From Thermoproteota archaeon (lineage in GTDB: Archaea > Thermoproteota > Thermoprotei > Thermofilales > B9-G17), in the NCBI GenBank assembly GCA_029258885.1, contig JAPDJW010000002.1, forward strand, positions 320,001 through 384,000: a DNA stretch of 64,000 nt, written 5' to 3'. The translations under genes were made by a program, and so were the position numbers. The notes under the pieces are model-generated. The model was not told where the DNA came from. It ran no database searches and worked only from the letters and a program-made list of their open reading frames with translations. How positions within the stretch are numbered: the first letter of the stretch is position 1; the number at the start of each line of letters is the position of its first letter. Below are positions 49,750-57,770 of the stretch, in pieces.

Positions 49750-52623
49750 CTATTTGCCCCTCTTCTTCCTCTTCTTCCTCCTCGAAGCTTTCTTCAGCCT
49801 CCTCGCTTCGCTCCTTATGATCTTCTCGGGAGTCAGCCACTTGCTGAGCCACTTGTCCCACTTCTTCAGCAGTGAGAAGCTGAAAACTGCTCCCCCTCTC
49901 CTGAGCTTGAAGGGCGGAGGGGGTAGCTTGAACGATGGAGGAGGCTCGAAGTCTCCTAAGTCTCCAACAGAGATTAGCTCCTCTACTTGAGCTTCTACTT
50001 CTCCCACCACCTCGTCTATTTCAGCAAACACGTTAGTTTCGAGTTCAGTTTTCTGAAGCGAGGTGAGGCTAACTTTAGGAGTTGGGAAAAAGGCGTATTC
50101 CTCTGCGCTCACGCCTCTAACAGCAGGTACGGGTCTCCTAACTTTCTTCTTCCTCTTCTTCAGCTCTAGCTCTAGCTTAGGTATGGAGGAAATAACATCC
50201 CTAAAACTAATTTCGGGTATTTCAGCGCTTATCTCAACCTGAATAGGCGGTATTTGTAGAGATAGAGCCTCCTTTGCCTCCCCCACTTCTACGCCTGATA
50301 TGGAGGGCAGAGCTACGACTGGAATTAAAGTTAGTTCTTTGGCCGCCTTAACCGATATAGGCTTTGCGCTAACTGGGAGGGGGAAGGTTACTTCCTTACC
50401 TAGCTCTGCGTACTTTGAGACAGGAAGTCCTCCAGTTAGCATTTGGGCGTATTCGTCTAGCTGTGCTAACGCCCACTTAGGTTTGAATGCAGTTTTGAAC
50501 GTAGTCTTCACTCCCTCCTCAGCTCCCAAGCCAGCAATCATAGTTTTAAATTCGAAGCTGTATCCTGGCAGAACTCCTTTCTCGAACTTAATCACATATC
50601 TAACGTCCTTTACCGCATCGTCTACATACTCTAAGAATCTGAGGGCGTCGACAGGCGTACCTCCTACCTTCCCCACTCCGGTGTAAATACCCTTTCCTCC
50701 CTCCCTCACGTACCTGTAGAAGCTCTTCCAAAAGTCTTCGCCCATCCAGACCTCTCCCACAGCGAGACACTTGCCGCTAAAGTACTTGTCGTAGGCTAGT
50801 TGAAGCTCAAGTGGAGAATATATCTTTTGAGCGGAAGCAAATTCTTCCGTTGGGAGACGAGACACCCTCCACAGCTTAACTTCTCCCTTGACGATGTCGT
50901 CTATTTCTCCACCTAACTTGATCACTCCCTCGTTGTCTTTTAAGAACTGCTTGTACACGTCTTCGGCTATGTCGTCCCAGTAGGTATATATTCTCCCCTC
51001 TGCTTCGACTAATATGTCTCCCCCTCCTGAGAGCACCCTACCCTTCATCCTAACCTCAGACGGGAACTCTCCGTAATATTTTGTCTCCCTGAGCAGTTTA
51101 TCTGTAATCTCGCCAACTTTCTCCTTAACGAAGGAAAAAACGCTCCTCCTACCGACAAAATAGCTTCCAATCCCCGGGAGCTCTCCCGTTTCAACGTAGT
51201 ACTGGTAGGTACTTGGGAAGACTTTTTTAGCGATTTTTCCTCCAACTTCTTTAGCCTTCCTCACTCCCTTCTCTACCATCGGGATTATTGGGTTCAGGAG
51301 CTCAGCTAGGAGTTCGCCTTGCACGTATTCTCCTAACGCTATTCCGGGAGCCATCCCCGGGTGTTCGACGAATATCGTGCCTAAGTCTAGCGGAACGTTA
51401 TAGCCGAATATAGTTCCCCACGACTCAAAGCTCCTGATAAATCCAGCAGGTATGTTAATGTAGGTGGACACAGGCTTCGGCTCATATCCCGCAAGAACCC
51501 TCGGGAGGTTCCACCAAGTTGCTAACGGAAGAGCAAACGTTAGACCCCATTTTGCTTCACTTCCAAAGGTCTCTCCAATCCAGGCGTCTATGCTTGCTCC
51601 AATGCTTGCTAGTAAACCGCTTATCGTCCTGTCCTGCGTGCTCTCCCGATATTTCTCTTCTAGCCATCGGTTGTATTCGTTTATTTCATTGTTTAAATTG
51701 TTTATGAAATTGTTGAACTCCTCTACCTCCTTATTGAAGGAAGAAGCTATCGCCTCATACTCGCTAACGTGTCTCTGTAGACTGCCAGCGACGTCTTCGT
51801 ACTCGCCCCTTATCTCCCTCATCCTGTTTATTATCCTCCTGTATTCTCTGACGTACTTCTCGTATTTCCTGCCGTATTTTGCGTTTAACTGCCGTAGCCT
51901 CGCTTCATATTCCTCCCTAGTTATCTCTCCGTTCTCGTACATGTCTTTAAGCCTCTCGTATTCATCCACTATAGACATTATCTTCTTCCTGAGAGACATC
52001 GCCTTATTGTATAGCCTCTCGTACTCCTTTCCTAAGCCTTCGAGCCTCTCCTTTTCACGCTTTATATTCTCCTCAAGAGGCTTGAGCTTAAACTCTGTCT
52101 CAGCTTTCTTGCTGACCAGCTCCCCGTACCATTCCATAGCCTTCCTCTTCTTTTCTTCTATCTCCTCAGGCGTAACTGGAGGCTCCTCTACGCCGGAAGG
52201 TATCTCTACTCTACTCCCTCCTCTAATCCTCAGACCCTCTTCCCTATATAAGTCCTCCTCAACCAAATCCTCTATCAAGTCTTCGGGCAGTTCTCCACCA
52301 ATTCCTGCCTCAGTTCCGCCGCCAACTTCACCGGAGCTTGCCTCCTCCTTTCCTCCAAATTGAGGCATCGTAGATGGAACAGGGGGAACGATATCGGACG
52401 GCACCTCGAAGCCCAACATATAGCTAGGAATGAAATCAACCGTAGAAACGTCTCCACTTTCCTTACGTCCTCCCCCGCCTTCCTCAGTCGCAGACGTAGT
52501 TGGATGCACAGTCACTTCTTCGTCTGGAAGGGGAACTTCCTCCTCCTTCCTCTTTTTCTCTTCTTCCTCTTCGCCTGCTCCCGCTGACTCCGCGCCTAAA
52601 GAGAAATATTCTTCGACGGGAAT
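49750..52623 (-). CDS. Large (921 aa from GTG 52515; 957 aa from ATT 52623) acidic/coiled-coil protein with a polybasic C-terminus, putative virion protein
   Basis: Glu/Gly-rich N-terminus, long coiled-coil, weakly hydrophobic middle, C-terminal RRLKKASRRKKRKKRGK. The frame is open up to an ATT preceded by GGTGA. Confidence 0.7.
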   Translation of the reverse strand: MPVEEYFSLGAESAGAGEEEEEKKRKEEEVPLPDEEVTVHPTTSATEEGGGGRKESGDVSTVDFIPSYMLGFEVPSDIVPPVPSTMPQFGGKEEASSGEVGGGTEAGIGGELPEDLIEDLVEEDLYREEGLRIRGGSRVEIPSGVEEPPVTPEEIEEKKRKAMEWYGELVSKKAETEFKLKPLEENIKREKERLEGLGKEYERLYNKAMSLRKKIMSIVDEYERLKDMYENGEITREEYEARLRQLNAKYGRKYEKYVREYRRIINRMREIRGEYEDVAGSLQRHVSEYEAIASSFNKEVEEFNNFINNLNNEINEYNRWLEEKYRESTQDRTISGLLASIGASIDAWIGETFGSEAKWGLTFALPLATWWNLPRVLAGYEPKPVSTYINIPAGFIRSFESWGTIFGYNVPLDLGTIFVEHPGMAPGIALGEYVQGELLAELLNPIIPMVEKGVRKAKEVGGKIAKKVFPSTYQYYVETGELPGIGSYFVGRRSVFSFVKEKVGEITDKLLRETKYYGEFPSEVRMKGRVLSGGGDILVEAEGRIYTYWDDIAEDVYKQFLKDNEGVIKLGGEIDDIVKGEVKLWRVSRLPTEEFASAQKIYSPLELQLAYDKYFSGKCLAVGEVWMGEDFWKSFYRYVREGGKGIYTGVGKVGGTPVDALRFLEYVDDAVKDVRYVIKFEKGVLPGYSFEFKTMIAGLGAEEGVKTTFKTAFKPKWALAQLDEYAQMLTGGLPVSKYAELGKEVTFPLPVSAKPISVKAAKELTLIPVVALPSISGVEVGEAKEALSLQIPPIQVEISAEIPEISFRDVISSIPKLELELKKRKKKVRRPVPAVRGVSAEEYAFFPTPKVSLTSLQKTELETNVFAEIDEVVGEVEAQVEELISVGDLGDFEPPPSFKLPPPPFKLRRGGAVFSFSLLKKWDKWLSKWLTPEKIIRSEARRLKKASRRKKRKKRGK

Positions 52624-52724
52624 CTACCTCACCCCCACAGGAGCTTCAAAAACACCACCTTAAATTGGAGAGAATTGTTCAAGGGAAAAAATGAAGTTAA
52701 CTCTTCCTGCTGGCTTACTCTTAC

Positions 52725-52991
52725 TTACTCCCTGCCTCCTCCGCCGGCGAGACCCATTAGAAGCCTAAGCATGAATGCCGCAATGATCACCATGAAGGCT
52801 ACGCCTAACAGCGTGAATCCCGTTTGAACGGCGGTTACGAAGTTGTTGTAGGGAGTAGCCCAGTTAGTCCCCGTCAGGTTCATCGAGCTCTCGACTTGTG
52901 CGGCGATGTAGAGGCCGATGACTACTGTACATATTAGTACTACGGCGGCAATCGCTATACCGGCAAGCCCAACCTGACCCTTCCTGTTCAT
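52725..52991 (-). CDS. Two-helix hydrophobic protein, putative major capsid protein (spindle/bacilliform type)
   Basis: 88 aa, MNRKG|Q basic N-terminus, two hydrophobic helices flanking NLTGTNW with a sequon, strong GAGGTG RBS. Confidence 0.65.
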   Translation of the reverse strand: MNRKGQVGLAGIAIAAVVLICTVVIGLYIAAQVESSMNLTGTNWATPYNNFVTAVQTGFTLLGVAFMVIIAAFMLRLLMGLAGGGGRE

Positions 52992-53325
52992 ACGCTCACA
53001 CCTCTATCTAATGAAAGAGGAAGAAGTATATCAGGGAAATTACATTCACGGCCTATTAGGAGCTAGCTTTGCGGATGCATAACGTTGATTATAATTATAT
53101 TATATTGCTGGGAGGGGTTTGTTATACAACGATCCAACGCCGCCCGCTTCCCCGTCGCCACAGCGGAAGAGGCGCAGAGCACAGAGGGGGAAGGTTTAGC
53201 GGAGAGGTCAGTCATCATCGTAGACTCAGGGAGGGGGTCGAAGTCATCGGTATGATACATCAAATCCCCTACGTTGCGGCGAAAGTGAAATTATCCCTTC
53301 CTCATCGGAGGAAATCCGCCGAGTT

Positions 53326-53697
53326 CTAGAACTCCATCAGCCTCTTAAACTCGTTAGCTGGCAGAATTATAAAATCTTTACCAGCATATTCTGGCGGTAG
53401 ATACTTAAGTACTTCTGCATACTTGTACTTACCTTTCTTTGTAACGAGCTTCGCCCTCACCCTCCAGACTTTCATCGAGCCATCCTTCACTTTCAGCCCA
53501 ATAGGCTTCTTTATCCACTCCTTAACTTCCACTAAAATCTGGTCAGTCCCCTTAACCTCCTTCACGGTGGCATTTACCGCTTTGAACTTATCCTCAAGCA
53601 CTTCATAGACCTCTCTATCCATTATCAGAACTACGGGATCATGTGTGTAACTTATGTAACGTGTGTAACGTTGAAGTAAATGTTTTCTATTTCTCAT
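53326..53697 (-). CDS. Hypothetical protein of the element
   Basis: 123-aa Lys-rich ORF with GGAGG RBS. C-terminal YLPPEYAGKDFII is reminiscent of swapped-hairpin (AbrB-like) proteins. Confidence 0.6.
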   Translation of the reverse strand: MRNRKHLLQRYTRYISYTHDPVVLIMDREVYEVLEDKFKAVNATVKEVKGTDQILVEVKEWIKKPIGLKVKDGSMKVWRVRAKLVTKKGKYKYAEVLKYLPPEYAGKDFIILPANEFKRLMEF

Positions 53698-53742
53698 CTT
53701 ATTTCCTCCTTCAAGCCATATCTACGTCCAAATCAGCCCAAT

Positions 53743-54316
53743 AAATTTGCATTAATTTGTATTGCAAATTTTCTATTTGCATTAATTTGTATTGCAAATT
53801 TTCTTATCTCTTTTTACGTATTTCAGCTCCGATTCTAGCTGGTATGGAAATTTGCAAATTTGCATAGAGGTAGTAGTTAAAGTCCTTCCACGCCGCTGGC
53901 GGTGCGGTAGCGGCCTCACAGTTAAATGAATAATATACTCTCCTCCCTGCTTCTCAATTTTGAAGCGGCTACCTCTGTATTTCTCTAAGAACTCTTTTAT
54001 ATCGGGCTTACTAAATCCAAATTCACTCTCCAGAAACTGGACGAACTCCTTTCCGCTAATTCTCCCTCCCCGCTCTCTAATAAACGCTTCAACCTCTTCA
54101 GCCACAACCTCATAAACAAGATCGTTAAAGGACACCTTTTCTCCCGTTATGGGGTCTACGTATTCTCCTCCAGCCATCTCCCTAACTTTACTTATATCTC
54201 TATGCAAATTTGCAAATTTCCTAATCAGCCCTTTAATGTACTGAATAACGCCTGATACGTCATCTAAATTTGCATTACAACCAAATGCGAATTTTTCTTT
54301 CTCTTTTTGCAAATTG
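53743..54316. repeat. Cluster of AAATTTGCA/TGCAAATTT dyads including a 30-bp tandem duplication (53745-53804)
   Basis: Motifs at 53743, 53763, 53775, 53793, 53848-53864, 54203-54219, 54266 and 54286. Confidence 0.8.
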
Positions 54317-55581
54317 CTCGGAAACTCAGAGACTAGTTTATATGCGGGTCTGTATATGTTTCCCCTCCTACCTCCTCTACCCTCTTTAATCAGGTACCCT
54401 TTATCCACTAAGTCTTCCAGCTTACCGTAGATCGTTCTCCTGCTGTATCCCAGCTTCTCTCCTACAACGTCGAAGACCTGGTTGACGGTAACTCCTTCTC
54501 CGTTTTCGGAACATAAATCTAGGACGACTTGAAGTATGTATCTTTCCTGTTTGGTTAGCTCGAAAATTGAGTGCTCCAGTGCATTATAGCCCAGCCTTAA
54601 AGCAATAGCCAAATCCACCAAATCCGCTCTATCCCTTAAACTCTCTGGCTTCTGGAAGTATCTGCAAATAGCTATTTGCTTTATTAATCCTCCAAGTTTC
54701 AGCGGATACCTCCTGCTCTCAGATCTTTCAGAGGGGATCAAATCCTTCAACTCAGTTGCATAGGGAATTATTGGGTCAACGTCAACCGTAGCTATAATCC
54801 TGAAAGCCTCCTGCCAAACCTTCAGCTCCTTTGCGTCGTGTGGGAGTACATCTTTCTTTCCCTCTAAATGTTTGAGCCACACCTCGATGACCTCCTCTGT
54901 GAATTTGGGGTCGCTAGACAGTTCAATTCTCCACATCCCGCTTTTGAGAGCTGAGCTAATTCTACGTACGTTCGTTGTGGTTATTATCCCTTTAACTGGC
55001 ATTTTCACGACGGCTGTCTCCATCTGCTTTGTTTTCGGGTTCATGTAGGCGTACTCTGAGATGATTCCTCCATCGCTAGTCCTCATCAGTCTGAACTGTC
55101 TCTCCATCTCTCCTACAACTAAATCTATATCAGGGATATACAGTATATCTGCCTCCTTGAGTTCCTCTGAATATCTCATCGCGGCTGGCGTAAAGTAGCC
55201 TCTCTCTATACACTTCACAGCTTTCTTCAAGAGGAACAGAGACATCCTAACCATGCTGTCCTTTCCAGTTCCAGGCTCACCCACAACCTGGATTAAGGTG
55301 ACATAGCCCCTCTTGACAGCCATCAAGAGTATTGGAAGTAATCTCTTGTTGGCCTCCTCTCCTAATATGAAGCGTGGTTTATTCAGCTCTGGAAGTACAA
55401 AGCCATAGCTAAATATTTTTCCCAACTTATAGAAGAAGTCTGGAGACTTAAGCAACTCCTTCGCCTCAGATTCGAGTTCCTTCGCCTCAGATTCGAGTTC
55501 ATACTCAGTCATAAATTCTTCTAGGTCTCCCTCTAACTCCTTACTCTCCTCGCCGTCCTCTACAACCTTACCTCTCTTCAA
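53782..55581 (-). CDS. P-loop NTPase / putative replicative helicase with C-terminal winged-helix domains
   Basis: GEEANKRLL pre-motif, Walker A GEPGTGKD, Walker B-like LYIPD, sensor TTTN, wHTH YSRRTIYGKLEDLVDKGYL. Confidence 0.75.
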   Translation of the reverse strand: MKRGKVVEDGEESKELEGDLEEFMTEYELESEAKELESEAKELLKSPDFFYKLGKIFSYGFVLPELNKPRFILGEEANKRLLPILLMAVKRGYVTLIQVVGEPGTGKDSMVRMSLFLLKKAVKCIERGYFTPAAMRYSEELKEADILYIPDIDLVVGEMERQFRLMRTSDGGIISEYAYMNPKTKQMETAVVKMPVKGIITTTNVRRISSALKSGMWRIELSSDPKFTEEVIEVWLKHLEGKKDVLPHDAKELKVWQEAFRIIATVDVDPIIPYATELKDLIPSERSESRRYPLKLGGLIKQIAICRYFQKPESLRDRADLVDLAIALRLGYNALEHSIFELTKQERYILQVVLDLCSENGEGVTVNQVFDVVGEKLGYSRRTIYGKLEDLVDKGYLIKEGRGGRRGNIYRPAYKLVSEFPSNLQKEKEKFAFGCNANLDDVSGVIQYIKGLIRKFANLHRDISKVREMAGGEYVDPITGEKVSFNDLVYEVVAEEVEAFIRERGGRISGKEFVQFLESEFGFSKPDIKEFLEKYRGSRFKIEKQGGEYIIHLTVRPLPHRQRRGRTLTTTSMQICKFPYQLESELKYVKRDKKICNTN

Positions 55582-55888
55582 TCAAATTCACCTCCACAGA
55601 GAACTTCTGACGGAGAAATCGGACGACCTCCACTCCCCTCTCAGTTAAATAATTATAGGTGGCAGGAACCCTTAAGCTCGGATGCATTCTCCGAACCCTA
55701 AACACAAGCCCAGCTTTCTCTAACTGCTTTAGGTAATAGCTTACTTCCCGTCCGCCGAGGAGATTACTTATCTCGCAGGTGTAGAGCGGCTTGTTGGTGA
55801 AGTATAGACAGAGCAGTATCTCTAAGTTCCGCTTACAAAAAACTTTATTAACACGCTCAGCGAACTTCTTTATAAAGTAAGTATTCAT
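55568..55888 (-). CDS. Winged-HTH DNA-binding protein
   Basis: NLEILLCL...EISNLL...YYLKQLEKAGLV...YLTERG. GGAGGTGA RBS. Confidence 0.8.
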   Translation of the reverse strand: MNTYFIKKFAERVNKVFCKRNLEILLCLYFTNKPLYTCEISNLLGGREVSYYLKQLEKAGLVFRVRRMHPSLRVPATYNYLTERGVEVVRFLRQKFSVEVNLIEER

Positions 55889-55967
55889 ACTATCACCTCC
55901 TGAAGTTCTTCTTTCAATTGGTTAGAATTTGTTCAAATACGGGAAAATTGAAACTTAAACTGCCTTC

Positions 55968-56237
55968 TTATTCCCCTTCCTCACCTTCGCCTTGATTTCC
56001 AGCCACCCTTTTCGCAAGTTCCTCGAACTTCAAGATGGAAATTTTGATGTTCCTCTCCTTCGGCTCACATCTAATGATGGCGAGGTCTCCCTTTTCAAGG
56101 TTTAGAGCTTTCGCTACCTCCATAGGAATTGTAACAGCGTAGCAGGTTCGCAAATACAATATCCGCCTGACGTGTAGCACTTTACCACCTTTAACACAGC
56201 CTTTCAATTGGAATAAATCTCGACTTAACTTCCTCAT
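55968..56237 (-). CDS. AbrB/MazE-like swapped-hairpin DNA-binding protein
   Basis: YAVTIPMEVAKALNLEKGD motif. Confidence 0.8.
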   Translation of the reverse strand: MRKLSRDLFQLKGCVKGGKVLHVRRILYLRTCYAVTIPMEVAKALNLEKGDLAIIRCEPKERNIKISILKFEELAKRVAGNQGEGEEGE

Positions 56238-56250
56238 AACTTAGTTATTA

Positions 56251-56274
56251 GTTTACTAAACGGGATATATAAAA
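56251..56274 (-). promoter_or_regulatory. Putative promoter of the element's regulatory/replication operon with a palindromic operator
   Basis: TTTTATATA about 26 nt upstream of the AbrB-like ATG, with GTTTA(G/C)TAAAC (56251-56261) between them. Confidence 0.45.
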
Positions 56275-56453
56275 TTAGCGGTGGATGGCAAAAGTGAAAT
56301 TGTATTTAAATTTTCTGGTTCGTGAATTTCCCCTCCGTTTCTCTGGATATTGGATGTTTCCCTCGTTGAAAGCGGCTTGGATCAGCTTTATTTCTGCCGC
56401 GTCCTGTTCTTGTTTCTGGTTAATTCTAAAACTAGCTTTACGTTTTTGAACGC

Positions 56454-56466
56454 ATAGTTGAGACTA
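56454..56466 (+). repeat. attR: 13-bp direct repeat ATAGTTGAGACTA
   Basis: Identical to 47413-47425. Confidence 0.9.
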
Positions 56467-57686
56467 TATGTGCATTTTCTAATACACGTGGAGGGATAGT
56501 TCTTGTTGGAGTTAACGATAAGGGTGAAGTCGTAGGAGTCGATGTTAGCAGGAGTACTATAGAGAATCTGGTTTCCAGGATAGCTAGGGAGACAAACCCT
56601 AGGATATATCCTGAGGTGGAGGTTGTAGAGTTTAACGGCAGAAAAGTTATTGTTATAAGGGTTTCCGAATGAACGGATAAGCCAGTATTTGCCTTCGGCG
56701 TAGCCTACAAGAGGGTTGGGAAAAGCAATCTTAAAATGGATAGGGATGAGATACTTAGGCTTTTCAGAGAGTCCCGAAGGATAAGCTTTGAAGACGAGAA
56801 AATATGTACTATAAGTGAGCTCGACTACGGGAAAATTAAAAGCTTTATTGAGAGAGCTTCCGCGTATAGAAGAGCTGTGCTACCCAGCGACCCGAAATCG
56901 GTTCTAGATAACCTCGGCATGTTGCTAAATGATCACATTAATATCGCTGGTCTCCTAGCTTTCGGCAGAAATCCTCAGAAGTATTTTCCGTATGCGTGCA
57001 TAAAGATAGGGAAGTTTGTATCGGGGAGTATTATTTTTGAAAAGGAAATTAAGGGAGATATTATCGAACAGATCGAAAGGGCATATGCTGAGGTATTGAG
57101 TCTTATAAAACGAGAAATTAAGGTTAAAGGATTAAAAAGAGAGGAGGTCTACGAGTATCCGCCTAAGGCTTTGAGGGAAGCCGTAGTTAACGCTGTAGCG
57201 CACAGGGATTACTCGATTAAATCACCTATCTATATAAGGATATACGAGGACAGGATAGAGTTTGAAAATCCCGGAGGATTAATTGATTTAACAGTTGAAG
57301 ACTTAAAGAAGCCTCATAAATCAATACTAAGGAACCCTAAGATAGCGGAAGTACTATATTACTTGGGCTTCATAGAGAAGTGGGGCATAGGTACACTAAT
57401 GATTATTAAAGAGTGTATTTTAAACGGAAACGGCGAGCCAGTATTCGAGTCCAATGGTAGCTTTAAACTTACAATCTTCTCAAGGTACTTTAGCTCATTA
57501 GATCCTGTGGAGCGGAAAATAATTGATTACATTGGGGAGAAGGGCGTAGTTGAAAGAAGGGAAATTCAGGAGCATCTTAAGCTAGCTGAAAGCACGGTTA
57601 GGAAATACCTAATTAAGCTTAGGCTAAGAGGCTTAATAGTTAAAATTGGAAGGGGAAAGAGGACGGTTTATAAGCTTGCGCTTTAA
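56454..57686 (+). pseudogene. 3' part of a Schlafen/AlbA_2 + HATPase-like (RecG_C-type) + wHTH gene, with an in-frame TGA at 56670
   Basis: ICAFSNTRGGIVLVGVNDKG, AYKRVGKS, then ORF 56736-57686 with REAVVNAVAHRDY, ENPGG, RNPKIA, IEKWGIG and a terminal wHTH. Confidence 0.88.
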
Positions 57687-57770
57687 AATTTTAAATTGCT
57701 TGCTGTATTTTGTCCTTTTTCGTTTAACGTTTAGCAGATATTTATTAACTAGTTTTATAATAGTTTTCTC

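Larger units (their letters stand above)
47413..56466. mobile_element. Integrated element (9,041-bp circle on excision), probable provirus
   Basis: att repeats splitting a host gene, integrase next to attL, Hjc-like nuclease, capsid-like membrane proteins, helicase and regulators. Confidence 0.88.

Noticed and set aside
49322-49861. 179-aa minus-strand ORF overlapping two element genes
   Set aside because: Alternative frame of the 93-aa and large genes, which have clear RBSs and coherent compositions.
51464-52363. 299-aa plus-strand Ser/Leu-rich ORF
   Set aside because: Antisense shadow of the purine-rich coiled-coil gene.
53290-53320. CCGATGAG on the minus strand as a hammerhead ribozyme core
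   Set aside because: It forms a simple hairpin loop, and I could not assemble the three stems and GAAA/NUH elements.
53069-53329. 86-aa plus-strand and 66-aa minus-strand ORFs in the element's intergenic region
   Set aside because: No RBS, no recognisable motifs, atypical composition. Treated as non-coding.
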